From positions 9,052,001 through 9,116,000 of the forward strand of contig OZ024763.1 in assembly GCA_964016885.1 (NCBI GenBank): 64,000 nt of DNA, in the 5' to 3' direction. Within the stretch, counting starts at the first letter, position 1. Each line of letters begins with the position of its first letter. This DNA is from Eledone cirrhosa (lineage: Eukaryota). This document shows, in pieces, positions 25,727-40,729 of this stretch. The notes beneath the pieces were generated by a model that searched no databases, had not been told where the DNA came from, and saw only the letters and a program-made list of their open reading frames with translations. The position numbers were made by a program, and so were the translations under genes.

Positions 25727-28700
25727 GATAGCAACTAACAGTGCTGCGATCGAATGTGGCTTTTTAGCCCAGCCAATGATCCAAAATGTCTTGCACAGAG
25801 TCGGCAACCAAAACATTTACTGGGAATAGTCGGCTGTGGTTGGAGTTCGTGTACTTTTGCATGTCGCTTGAGTCCTCCTGCTGATTTACATTCTCTACCA
25901 CATGTTTGGCAAGCATGATGAGTAGCATCTCCAACAGCAGCCTGGTAGTCAACCACTGGTCTTACTTTATGACTGCGAAGATGACTTTCGAGTCCAGCTT
26001 TGCTTAGGCAGAGTCTCGCACAGACGCTGCATGTCAGAAACATAGGAGGACCCTCGCCGTCTGGAAGTGCAACAGCAATACCCTTCCTCACGTCCCGCTT
26101 TACTTTCTCGTGTGCGATTCGAGATGCCTCAAAGGCAACTTTTCCCTCATATACAGTCTTTCTCCATTTATTACGATCAGCAGCAATATTTTCCCATGTA
26201 TCAGCAGAGATGTTAGCGTCTTTCAGAGAGGCCTTCAAGGAATCCTTATACCTCTTTTTTGGTTTATGTGGCGGTCGTTTTCCTTTAACCAACTCTCCAT
26301 AGAAGAGTTGTTTTGGTATTCTAGAATCCTTCATCCTGGCAAGGTGACCACTCCAACGGAGTCGCTGCTTAAGCACAAGAGCTTCTATACTGTCACACAT
26401 AGAGCTTTCCAAAATCTCGACATCACTGATGTGGTCCCTCCAGCGAACGCCATGTATCCGTCTGAGACACATCTGATGGAAACGCTCCAATTGCTTAAGG
26501 TGGCGTCGATATGTGACCCAGGTCTCGCAGGCATAAAGAAGACAAGAGAGTACACATGCCCTGTACACCTTTACCTTTGTCCTCCTGCATATGTCTCGCC
26601 GACCCCAGAGTCGCCTTTCTAGCTTTCCGAAAGCATCACTTGCTTTCCTAATCCTAAGTGAGATTTCACTGTCAAGGTTGCCGTATCGATTGACAGTGCT
26701 TCCCAGGTAGACAAACTGATCAACCACTCCAAGTCGTTTGCCATACACATAGATGTTTGGTTCAGTGTACTGCCTACCAGGTGCAGGTTGGTACATGACG
26801 ACGGTTTTCTTGAGACTGACAGTCAAACCCAGGGCAGTGCAAGCGTCAGAAAATACATTCAAAATGTGCTGCATATCACTCTCTGTGTGCGCTACAAGAT
26901 CGCAATCATCTGCATACAAGAGGTCTCTTATGACTGATGTAAATACTTTTGTCTTCGCAGCAAAGCGCCTGATGTTAAATATGCTGCCTGAGGTTCGATA
27001 TCGGATGTAAACACCATGCTCGCAATTCCTGAATGCAATACAGAAAACCATTGCAAAGTATATGGCAAACAGGGTCGGTGCTGGAATATCCCCCTGTTTC
27101 ACTCCATTTTTTACTGAGATAGGCTCCGACATGTTACCTCCGACATTAACCCAAGCCTTCATGTCGTCATGGAAAGACCTAACTAAAGCAAGGAACTTAT
27201 CAGGGCAACCAAGTTTCTGGAGAACCTTCCATAATGCATCTCTGTTGACAGTATCGAAAGCCTTTGTCAGATCGACAAAAACCTGATACAGATCCAAGCC
27301 CTGTTCAATGCACTTCTCCTGGAGCTGTCTAGCTGAGAAGATCATATCAGTAGTGCCGCGTCCAACACGAAAACCAGATTGACTTTCAGGAAGGACACAA
27401 TCTGCAATGTGTGTCAGCAGACGGTCCAGAAGCACCCTACATAAAACTTTCCCCACGACAGAAAGCAATGATATACCTCTGTAGTTCCCACAATCATTCC
27501 TGTTACCCTTTCCCTTGTACAAGACCACCATTACTGCATCTCTCCAGTCCTCAGGCACGGATTCATTAGCCCATATCCTTCCAAACAGAGAGTGAAGATG
27601 TTGCAGGAGTCTCTCACCACCATATTGTAGGAGCTCAGCATGTATGCCATCCATACCTGGAGATCTTCCACTGTTCAGCTTCGAAATAGCCACTGCAACC
27701 TCCACAAGTGTCGGAGGCTCTGCGAGAGCTACTTTCACAGGACTTTCCGGAATGAGATTGAGGAAATCTTCACTGACGACAGACGGCTGATTCAAAAGAT
27801 CATCAAAGTGCTCCCGCCACCTTCGTAGAATTCCCTGTGAGTCACGAAGAAGTTCTTTGCCATCCCTGCTGCGAATCGGTGTCACCAGAGAAGAAGACGG
27901 TCCATAAACCTCACGCAAGAGACTGTACAACAGCTTTGTGTTATTGCAATCAGACGCAGTTTGTATCTCACCAGCCTTCTCACTCCACCACTGATCCTTC
28001 ATCTGAGAAAGACTCCGCCTAACACGTGATTTTACATCCCTGAGCTCCTCATGCAACGTATTCCTCTCCTGTGGTCTTGCCGTCAAGTAGCGTGACAGAG
28101 CGCGCCTCTTATCAGCCAACAAGTCATCTATATGCACATCTTTCTCATTAAACCAGTCCTGATGTTTTCTCTGCACCAATCCCAGAACACGTCTGCCTAC
28201 ATCATAAACCGACTTTTTAAGGGTCGGCCAATCCTCACCAAGATCTGCAGCCTGCATCTCTTCTTCCAATGTCCTCTTCACATTTTTATCCTTAAGACGA
28301 GCAGCATTCAATCTTTTGGGCAGGGTAACACCAGGAGCCCGGATTTTACGTTTGGTGATTAGATTCACTTTTGCGCGTACCAGGCGGTGGTCCGTCCAGC
28401 ACTCAGCTCCACGAAGAACACGAACACACCGCACATCCTGTCTGTCACGCATCCTGACTAGGACGTAGTCCAAAAGATGCCATTCCTTAGATGCAGGATG
28501 CATCCATTGTGGTCTTGAATTTGTTCTTTTGTTGGAACATGGTGTTGGTAACACACAGATCCAGCTCCTCACACATCTGCAGCAAGAGCATACCATTGCT
28601 GTTACACTTTCCCACCCCATGCCTTCCGATTACATTCCATGTGTTAAAATCCCTACCCACTCTAGCATTAAAGTCACCAAGCACGATGACTTTGTCTGCC

Positions 28701-29321
28701 TGAGGGATATTTCTTAAAACACCTTTCAAGGCATGGTAAAAGGACAGTTTTTCTTCATCGACAGAATTCATAGTTGGAGCATACACACTCACCAGGGTAG
28801 CATATCTTCCCTTGTCCAGCGGAACTCTCATGGACATAAGACGCTCACTAATCCCCACTGGGAATTCTTCCAATTTATTCACCAGTACAGTCTTAACAGC
28901 AAATCCTACCCCAGCCTCTCTTCTGGTTCCTTCATCTCTTCCTTTCCAGAAGAATGTATATTCTCCACAAAATTCCGTAAGATGACCATCTCCAGCTAAC
29001 CTCGTCTCAGACAAAGCCACGATGTCAAGATCGTAACGTCGAAGCTCCTTCGCAACAAGAGCGGTCCTTCGTTCAGGACGCTCCAAAGAATCCCTGTCAA
29101 GCAGCGTCCGTACGTTCCAGCAGCCAAGACTAAATGCCCTGTTTGCTCTATTACAATGGCACGATGACGGGCGGGCCCAGGTTGTGATAACTTGGGGCCC
29201 CTGCCCTTATTGCCAATGATCTTTTTTGTTCCAGAACCCAAATTGGCAATTATCTCGTTTACATTGTTCTGGAACATCATTGAATTGGGAAAAAAAAAAA
29301 AAAAAAAAAATAATAATAATA

Positions 29322-29356
<35 letters not shown>

Positions 29357-29640
29357 ACACTATTAATAATTATTAATGCACTCGTGCAATGCCTGTGCGT
29401 GACGAATATTTTTAAAGTGAGGAAAGACTGTGCACTGAACCAATCCCACTCTCTGAGCGACAGTAGCTATAACCCGAAAAGAAGAAAAGATCAACATCAT
29501 CGGTAACTACTGAGCCGCAGGTTTTATATCGGAGTTAACCCAGTTTCCTGAGATGCCTTCTCCTAGAAGAATACCCTGACATGGGCTAGGGGTTCTTCAC
29601 TCCCAGTGGTTTAACTGCGCGATCGGGCATCCAGCCCGAT
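25472..29640 (-). mobile_element. Near full-length RTE (BovB-like) LINE
   Basis: APE endonuclease (WNVRTL, ALSETR, SVYAPT, GDFNA, LDY, TDH), RT (YRGISLL, QSGFR, DLTKAFD, KQGD, YADD, YLGS) and three C2H2 fingers. 3' end gccatactcgataacgagggggcagcc abuts (TA)n. Confidence 0.95.
25735..29130 (-). CDS. RTE ORF (APE-RT-3xC2H2) interrupted by a single +1 frameshift near 28507
   Basis: ORFs 28487-29086 and 25735-28620 join as [17 protein letters not shown] if one A is removed. No in-frame ATG seen just upstream of the endonuclease start. Confidence 0.85.
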
Positions 29641-29657
29641 TATTTCTATGTCCCCGC

Positions 29658-29693
<36 letters not shown>

Positions 29694-30206
29694 ACTTATT
29701 GACACTTATACGTACGACATACACACACACGCATACATATGCGTGCACACAGCAACACTCACACACACAACAAACACACACACACGCTACTCTACTCACT
29801 TACACGCACACACACACATATATATATATATATTACCGTCATTACTGATACAAGATTACCAGATTATGTCAACTGTTGACTTTCAAGAGTTTGTATAGTT
29901 GAAGCCGATCGTATTACAGTCCAGTATTACTATAATTGCTTTACAGCATAGAGTTATGGCTCTCCACGGAGTCAACAAAAGAGAGTACCAGTGATGCGCT
30001 GGCCAGTCGCTGGATCCGTGCCAAACGCAGAAAAATTATTATTAAAGTTGTTCTTAAGGCCAGGTCGCTGGTGATGGTGATGGCGACGGCGGTGGCGGTG
30101 GTGGTGGTGGTGGCAGTTGATGTTGTTGTTCTGTTGTGTGTGTGTGTGTGTGTGTGTGTTTTGTTATTTTGAGTTTTTTTTTTTTTTTTTCCTTTCTTTT
30201 TTTTCT

Positions 30207-30239
<33 letters not shown>

Positions 30240-30910
30240 CCCCTTCCCTTTTCTTTTTTCTTTTCCCTTCCTTTTTTTATGTTTTGATGCCGCTGTTGTT
30301 GTTGTTGTTGTAATTGTTGTAAATGTTCATTTCAGTTCATTCTGAAGCTGTTGTTGCTGTAAACATTAGGGCCGGTGTTGTTGTTGTAGATGTTGGGGTT
30401 GAAATCTGGTTGTTTGACTGAGTGATGTATATACACACATATACATACACACACATATATATATATACATTCATCAGAGAGTAGAGAGTTTGACAACAGG
30501 TCGATGACTTTAGTCTCGATAGGGTATGGTATGGTAATGACATGTGATGGTGGGGAGAGAGTGTAGACGTTATTGTGGTGGTGTGGACAGTGAGATGTAT
30601 CTAGTTCATTTGACCGTTTTCTTCTCTTAGCAAAATTTGAATTCTAGCCATGTTATATTGAGATGTAAGTAAATGTAAAATATAAATAAGGATTGCTCTG
30701 CTAAAATATACTAAAATATTTGTGTAACTTCCACAAAAACTTCTGTCGTGACATTCCCGAGACCAGTAACCAACAAATTGTTGTATTTTGATGTTTCAGA
30801 ATACAAAAATTAATTAAAAACTTACCCCACGAAGAGACATATATATATACATACATATATATATACATATATATATACATACATATATATATACATATAT
30901 ATATACATAC

Positions 30911-30957
<47 letters not shown>

Positions 30958-30967
30958 CATACATATA

Positions 30968-31007
<40 letters not shown>

Positions 31008-31923
31008 CATACATATATATATATACATACATATAAATATATACATACATATATATATATACATACATATATATATACATACATATATATATACATACAT
31101 ATATATATACATATATATATACATATATATATATACATACATATATATATACATATATATATATATATACACATATATATATATATATACACATATATAT
31201 ATATACATACATATATATATACATATATATATATATATACACACATATATATATATACATACATATATATATACATACATATATATATATACACATATAT
31301 ATATATATACATATATATATACATACATATATATATACATACATATATATATATACATACATATATATATATATACATACATATATATATATATATATAT
31401 ACACATACATATATATATACATACATATATATATACACATACATATCTATATACATACATATATATATATATATACACATATTGTTATACTTTGGGAGGG
31501 TCAAATTCAGAAACGAAATATATACACATACATATATATATACACATACATATCTATATATATATGTATATACATACATACATACATATATATATATACA
31601 TATATATATATAAACATATATATATATAAATACATATATATATATAAACATATATATATATAAACATATATATATATACATACACATACATATATAAACA
31701 TATATATATATAAACATATATATATATACATACACATACATATCTATATATATATGCATATACATACATACATATATATATATAAACATATATATATATA
31801 CATACATATATATATATACATACATATATATATACATACATATATATATATACATACATATATATATATACATACATATATATATATACATACATGTATA
31901 TATATACATACATGTATATATAT

Positions 31924-31956
<33 letters not shown>

Positions 31957-31991
31957 CATATGTATATATATACATATATATATATACATAC

Positions 31992-32038
<47 letters not shown>

Positions 32039-32572
32039 CATATATATATACACATATATATATATATACATATATACACATATATATGTATATATATATA
32101 TACATTTATATATATATATACAGATATATATATATATATACATACATATATACAGACATATATATATATACATACATATATACAGACATATATATATATA
32201 TACATACATATATACAGACATATATATATATATATATACATACATATATACAGACACATATATATATACATACATATATATATATACAGACATATATATA
32301 TATATACATACATATATATATATATACAGACATATATATATATATACATACATATATATATATATACATACATATATATATATATATACATACATATATA
32401 TATATATATACATACATATATATATATACATACATATATATATATACATACATATATATATATATATACATACATATATATATATATACATACATATATA
32501 TATATACATACATATATATATATACATACATATATATATATACATACATATATATATATATATACATACATA

Positions 32573-32613
<41 letters not shown>

Positions 32614-32629
32614 ATATACATACATTTTT

Positions 32630-32981
32630 CTGGCGTAGGATAGAAGAAAGGAAAGGCACAGAAACAAAGAAAGGAATCCCCAGTCACTGAAGAGATCACA
32701 GAGTGTGTGACGAAAGGACTATGACTATATATAAACAACTATCTGGTTGTGGACCCAACCAACCAACCAGAAATTTATAAGTTTGTAGATTTGTAAATTT
32801 ATAAATTTATAAATATATAATAAATTGAAGTGAAAGCAACTGGTGCGTGTGTTTCTTATTGGCAACATGACCCTCCCAAAGTATAACAATATATATACAT
32901 ACATATATATATATATACATACATATGTATATATATATACATATATATATATATACATACATATATATATACATACATATG

Positions 32982-33015
<34 letters not shown>

Positions 33016-33040
33016 CATACATATATATATATATACATAC

Positions 33041-33073
<33 letters not shown>

Positions 33074-33088
33074 CATATATATACATAC

Positions 33089-33120
<32 letters not shown>

Positions 33121-33691
33121 TGTTATACTTTGGGAGGGTCATGTTGCCAATAAGAAACACACGCACCAGTTGCTTTCACTTCAATTTAATTTAATATATA
33201 TTTATAAATTTACAAATTTATAAATTTCTGGTTGGTTGGTTGGTTCCACAACCAGATAGTTGTTTATATATATATAGTCATAGTTCTTTCGTCACACACT
33301 CTGTGACCTCTTCAGTGACTGGGGATTTCTTTCTTCGTTTCTGTGCCTTTCCTTTCTTCTATCCTACGCCATTTTGTTTGGCGTAGGATAGAAGAAAGGA
33401 AAGGCACAGAAACGAAGAAAGAAATCCCCAGTCACTGAAGAGGTCACAGAGTGTGTGACGAAAGAACTATGACTATATATATATAAACAACTATCTGGTT
33501 GTGGAACCAACCAACCAACCAGAAATTTATAAATTTGTAAATTTATAAATATATATTAAATTAAATTGAAGTGAAAGCAACTGGTGCGTGTGTTTCTTAT
33601 TGGCAACATGACCCTCCCAAAGTATAACAATATCGGTTTCAACACACGATTTCAGATAAAGAATCTTGCTAAACAAATTCAGAAACGAAAT
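32630..33691. mobile_element. Penelope-type element family D, three arms (+/-/+) with hammerheads at 32682-32726, 33276-33320 and 33430-33474
   Basis: agtca-CTGAAGA-gtcaca/tgtgac-GAAA-gaac-TA-tgact. Palindrome centred near 33375; tail 33633-33691. Confidence 0.85.
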
Positions 33692-33759
33692 ATATATATA
33701 TACATATATATATATACATACATATATATATATACATATATATATATACATATATACAT

Positions 33760-33806
<47 letters not shown>

Positions 33807-33992
33807 CATATATATATATACATACATATATATATATACATATATATATATACATATATATATATACATATATATATACATATATACATATATACATATA
33901 TATATATATACATATATACATATATATATATACATATATATATACATATATACATATATACATATATATATATATACATATATACATATATA

Positions 33993-34029
<37 letters not shown>

Positions 34030-34043
34030 TACATATATATATC

Positions 34044-34106
<63 letters not shown>

Positions 34107-34468
34107 CATATATACATATATATATACATATATATATATATACATATATACATATATATATATACATATATATATATACATATATACATATATATATATA
34201 TACATATATACATATATATATAATATATATACATATATACCTATACATATATACATATACATATATATACATATATAATATATAATATATACATATATAC
34301 CTATACATATATACATATACATATATATACATATACATATATACATATATATATATATACATATATACATATACATATATATACATATATACATATACAT
34401 ATATACATATATATATATATATACATATATACATATACATATATACATATATATATATATACATATAC

Positions 34469-34501
<33 letters not shown>

Positions 34502-34518
34502 CATATATACATATATAC

Positions 34519-34549
<31 letters not shown>

Positions 34550-34713
34550 CATATATATACATATATATACATATATATACATATATATATATATACATAT
34601 ATATACATATATATATATACATATATATATATACATATGTATATATATATATATACATACATATGTATATATATATATACATACATATGTATATATATAT
34701 ATACATACATATG

Positions 34714-34747
<34 letters not shown>

Positions 34748-34829
34748 CATACATATGTATATATATATATACATACATATGTATATATATATATACATAC
34801 ATATGTATATATATATATACATACATATG

Positions 34830-34905
<76 letters not shown>

Positions 34906-34939
34906 CATACATATGTATATATATATATACATACATATG

Positions 34940-35013
<74 letters not shown>

Positions 35014-35249
35014 CAGACATATATATATATACAGACATATATATATATACAGACATATATATATATATATATATACACATACATATATATATATATATAT
35101 ACACATACATATGTATATATATATATACATATATATATACAGACATATATATATATATATATATATATACAGACATATATATATATCTATATATATACAG
35201 ACATATATATATATATATATACAGACATATATATATATATATATATACA

Positions 35250-35287
<38 letters not shown>

Positions 35288-35382
35288 CATATATATATAT
35301 ATATATATATATACAGACATATATATATATATACAGACATATATATATATATATACAGACATATATATATATATATATATAC

Positions 35383-35914
35383 ATGGTGGCTGCCAACTCG
35401 TTTTTCGAGTACGGCCACTACTTTATATCCATGTAGCAGAATACCTACCGATGCGCTGAACGACTGTGACTTTTTAGTCCAGCCAGCGACTTGAAAAACT
35501 CTGGTACAAACACTACACCTGTGACAATTATTGACACATAGTCCTAGGCCCATGGTACCATGGGACGACAAGTGCAGAGAGATCTCTAGATATAAAGCAA
35601 TGCCTGTGCCGTGAAGCTTTTATAGTGAGCAAAGGCAGTCCCCACTCTCTTAACCACAATGATATTTACCAAAAAGAACAAGTCAACATCATTGGATACC
35701 ATCAGGGTTGCAGGTGTTTATATCAGAGTTTTCCTTCTCCTAGAATTCTGCCTTGACAAAGGCTAAGGGGGTCATCTCTCCCGGTGATTTTGGATGGCCA
35801 TTGACTCTTAAGGGCTCCTTTGCCCTTTGACAGGTTTTGTTTTTAGTCCTGCAGGATGTCCAAAGTCACCCTCCTTACCAAGAAACCTTGGTGGGGTTGC
35901 CAGTTTAGTTGCCA

Positions 35915-35945
<31 letters not shown>

Positions 35946-36357
35946 AATACATATATATGGTGGCTGCCAACTCGTTTTCGAGTACGGCCACTACTTTATA
36001 TCCATGTAGGAGAAACCCCTACCGATGCGCTGAACGAGTGTGACTTTTTAGTCCAGCCAGCGACTTGAAAACTCTGGTACAAACACTACACTTGTGACAA
36101 TTATTGACACATAGTGCTGGGCCCATGGTACCATGTGATGACAAGTGCAGAGAGATCTGCAGATATAAAGCAATGCCTGTGCCGTGAAGCTTTTATAGTG
36201 AGCAAAGGCAGTCCCACTCTCTTAACCAAGATGATATTTACCAAAAAGAAGAACAAGTCAACATCATTGGATACCATCAGGGTTGCAGGTGTTATATCAG
36301 AGTTTTCCTTCTCCTAGAATTCTGCCTTGAAAAAGGCTAAGGGGTCATCTCTCCCGG
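35383..36357 (-). mobile_element. Two tandem copies of a non-autonomous RTE derivative (5' UTR + 3' end)
   Basis: 35383-35915 and 35957-36357 are reverse complements of 48327-48932. Confidence 0.85.
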
Positions 36358-36389
36358 AGATAATAGATACATATATAGACATACATATA

Positions 36390-36420
<31 letters not shown>

Positions 36421-36830
36421 TTATACATATATATATACACATATATTGATACATATATATATATACATACATATATTGATACATATATATATATACATAT
36501 ATTTATACATATGCATGTATATATTGTTGTTTTCGGTGACATTGAAGAGAGTTCGAGGGGCCAACTGAGCCAAAAAGCGTGACTGGAACGAAAAGGGACG
36601 AATGAATTAAAAGCACACAGACACACACACACAAACATATATATATATATGTACATACCCGTACATATACATATGGTCATAGTGGTTGTGGGGGATGGAT
36701 TTCACTGGCTCAGCTCCAACAAACACCTAAAGAATAATTCGCAGGTTACATTATATTGTGTGTCATCACACTCACACACGCACGTATATATACATACATG
36801 TGTGTGTGTGTCTGATTATATGTATATATG

Positions 36831-36868
<38 letters not shown>

Positions 36869-36916
36869 CATATATATATATACATACATACATCCATATA
36901 CATACATACATATATA

Positions 36917-37710
36917 CAGTGGTGGACTGGGTCTAAAAATATTGGTTGCCAGGAGATGAAGGGGGCCCACCTACATATAGAATGCTAGCATTTAATTTTT
37001 ATAATGAATAAATAACATTCTCGGAAAATACATAAGTGGAAACAAAACGGTGCAATCAAATTTTTGTGGGAAAATATCTTACCTTCTACAATAAAAAATA
37101 TTATGTATTTTGGGAAATCCAGAGACTTTCAATAATGACCAGAAGTCGACCCTAAATATTACTAATAGCTCTAGGAAAGTGATGAATGACAACACATCTT
37201 TTTAACTTTGATTTTGAAAATAGGTTTATAATTATCAATTTTCATCATACTTTTGTAGCTGTCTCGGTGGCCTAGTTGGAAGAGTCATAGGCGGTGGTGA
37301 TCCTGGTCTGAAGTTCAATCCTGGTCGGGAGTAGGGTTCCTGGTAAACCTTTTCAGATTTTTTCTATTGGTTGTAAAATAAAAACTGAAAAAGTTTACAT
37401 GTACTTCTTGGCCAGGGTTGAACCCAACTCCAGATCCCCACCGTCTCTAGTACCTACCGCTAGGCCACAGAGACGACTACGTAAATCTTCGGAAAATTCA
37501 TACTTATAAACCTACTTTCAAAATAAAGTGTTGTGGTGTCGTTCATGTCTTTCTTAATGTTATTGCTCCTACTTAAGGTCGACTTCTAAATCATTTTGGT
37601 GTTCCATAAACCACATCCTCGTTTTGTTTCACATCTATCTAGACTATATTTTAACCCGTAATCCATGTTTCATTTCTGTTGCACCTCATTTCTCCTCCCC
37701 TCTCTGTCTC
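36917..37710. mobile_element. About 790-bp repeated element with internal inverted tRNA-like arms; second copy 50031-50780
   Basis: Two copies in the window. Starts CAGTGGTGGACTGGG (hAT-like end); internal arms aagtcgacc...ggtggcctag / ctaggccac...ggtcgactt. Confidence 0.7.
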
Positions 37711-37969
37711 TCTTCTTTTTTTTTGTGTGTGTGTATGTATATATATTCATCCTGTGTGAATTCCGTCCCGAATATATATATATATAACGAAGGAAATGTG
37801 GTAAGGAACCAGATGGACCATAACGCACCAAAATACTCAATACTTAGGGTAGTAGAGTGGGTAATATGAACGAGTAGCACCCCAACGGCTGAGCTCAGCC
37901 GTCGGGGTCCTACTCGTTCATATATATATATATAATATAAGATTAAAAGATGGTTAAAAGAGGGCCAAG

Positions 37970-38040
37970 TATTTAATTATGCGCATTTCAAAAACAAATA
38001 TCATCATGGGATGATATCTGCGTTTTCATCAGATAAAATA
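37970..38040 (-). ncRNA. Hammerhead ribozyme (family A variant, long stem II)
   Basis: Minus strand: tattttat-CTGATGA-aaacgcagatatcatc/gatgatatttgttttt-GAAA-tgcgca-TA-attaaata. Confidence 0.8.
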
Positions 38041-39026
38041 GGGATACATGATATGAAGCTTAAAAAACACTTGTGAATAGTGGTTTTAAATCAACATATG
38101 AAAAATAATTTAAGATTGATGTATGAGATTGGGAAAATGTGAGGGGGGTTGGAAAAGGTAAGGAAGAGGAGGGGATGAGAGTAAAGAATAGTGGGGGAGG
38201 AGTATAAGAAGGAAGGATGAGAGAGGAGGAGAGATGGGTGATAGAGAGAGAGAGAGAGATAGCCTTTACGACTGAGAAAAAAATATATATTATCTCACAG
38301 AGAGAAGTTAAAAAGCCGTTGGAAGATAATAGATAATTTAAAAGAATTTGAAATTAAAAGTTAATGAGGTTTATACATGAAGAGAAAAAGGGATTAAGAA
38401 TAATATTAAATTAAGGTTTGTATATTGAAGGGTTTAATAATATGTGCGAGGAAAAGAAATTATTAATATGTATTATTAAAATAAAAATATTAATGTTATT
38501 AAGGATATAATGTGAAAAGAAGTAGAAGAATGAATGAGTTATGAATTTAGAGGAATTAGTTAGTGTTTAAGTTTGTGTTTATGTAATGTAATATGTGTGC
38601 GTAAATAGTTTGTTTAAAAATGAGTGCAGAAAGCAAAGAAGAAAAGAATGTTTAAGGAAGAAAATATCTAACATCTACTTATCCGATATTTGCATTGCTT
38701 TATTGTGCTACAATAAAACTCACCTCCTACATATATATATATCATCATCATCATCATTTTACGTCCGCTTTTCCCTGCTTACAAGGGTGGGACGGGTTTT
38801 ATTCAGCACAGCATCTCTCCACTCGTCACGGTCCCTCGTCATCTCCACCGTGAGCATATATATATATATATATATATATATTGTTATACTTTGGGAGGGT
38901 CATGTTGCTAAACAAATTCAGAAACGAAATATATATATATATTTGTGTCTGTGTATCTATCTATCTATCTATATATATATATATATATATATATATGTCT
39001 ATATATATATTTATATATATATATAT

Positions 39027-39302
39027 GTCTGGGAGCTTCCAAACGACATGGTCGCATTCTTTAAGGGTATGTCAATATTTGTTTATAAAACTGATCTATA
39101 TTATATTTTATCTGATGAAAGCGCACCATAATTTGCTTTGGTGTCCTTGAAATATGTATAATGAAATAAATATGGTTTTATAAATATAGTTTACATTTGT
39201 TAATATATTGTATTTTTACTCCAAAAATTTGTTGAGTGCTTTATATCAGTTATAAAAATATTTGCTTCTTGCACCCCAACAAATTAAATATAACTTCTAC
39301 AC
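39027..39302 (+). mobile_element. Family A subfamily pLTR + tail with hammerhead 39104-39168
   Basis: tattttat-CTGATGA-gcacca/tggtgt-GAAA-tatgtat-A-atgaaata. Sister copy at 53725-54115. Confidence 0.8.
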
Positions 39303-39341
<39 letters not shown>

Positions 39342-39453
39342 TATATATATAAATATATATCTATCCATATATATATATATATATATAGACATATATATAA
39401 ATATATATCTATCCATATATATATAAATATATATATAGACATATATTATATAG

Positions 39454-39487
<34 letters not shown>

Positions 39488-39879
39488 CAAAACGTTCCAC
39501 TTCTTCTTCGAATCAACTACTACTACAACAACATCAACAACAACAAGGGTGCCACAGTCGTAATATTATGAGATATGGGTATGTTCCCGGGAGAAGGGGT
39601 GCCTCACAATACTTACACGTCATCATAGTAAAGGTCCTTGCGGCGCCAGAGGGTGTGGTTGTGGAGGAGGGGTAGGGGAAGAGTGTGAAAGGGGGTTGAT
39701 GTTGTGCCTGTTGTTGTTTTTACTTGAACTTAATGACCCCGGCCGGTGACACTGTCAATAAAAATGTACCGAATGACCCCAAGCTCTCTGGAGACGTAGG
39801 TGGGGGCTCCTTTTTCACACACACACCTATAAAACAGACAGAGACCGACTAGATTGCATAAACACAGGTAGAGATACAG

Positions 39880-39929
<50 letters not shown>

Positions 39930-40020
39930 ATATATATATATACATCTCTCTCTCTCTATATATATATATGCATATATATATAAATATATGTAATATATAT
40001 TTTATATATATATATATATC

Positions 40021-40058
<38 letters not shown>

Positions 40059-40449
40059 TCGCTCTCTCTATATATATATAAATATATGTAATATATATTT
40101 TATATATATATATATATATACACATATGCATATATATATAAATATATGTAATATATATTTTATATATATATATATATATACACATATGCATATATATATA
40201 AATATATGTAATATATATTTTATATATATATATATACACATATGCATATATATATAAATATATGTAATATATATTTTATATATATGTATGTATGTATGTA
40301 TGTATATGCATATATATATATATATATACATATGCATATATATATATGCATATATATATATATATATACATATGCATATATATATATATATATACATATG
40401 CATATATATATATATATACATATGCATATATATATATACATATATATAC

Positions 40450-40481
<32 letters not shown>

Positions 40482-40547
40482 GCATATATATATATATATA
40501 TATATACATATGCATATATATATATACATATGCATATATATATATGC

Positions 40548-40605
<58 letters not shown>

Positions 40606-40689
40606 GCATATATATATATATATATATACACATATGCATCTCTCTCTCTATATATATATATATGCATATATATATAAATATATGTAATA

Positions 40690-40729
<40 letters not shown>

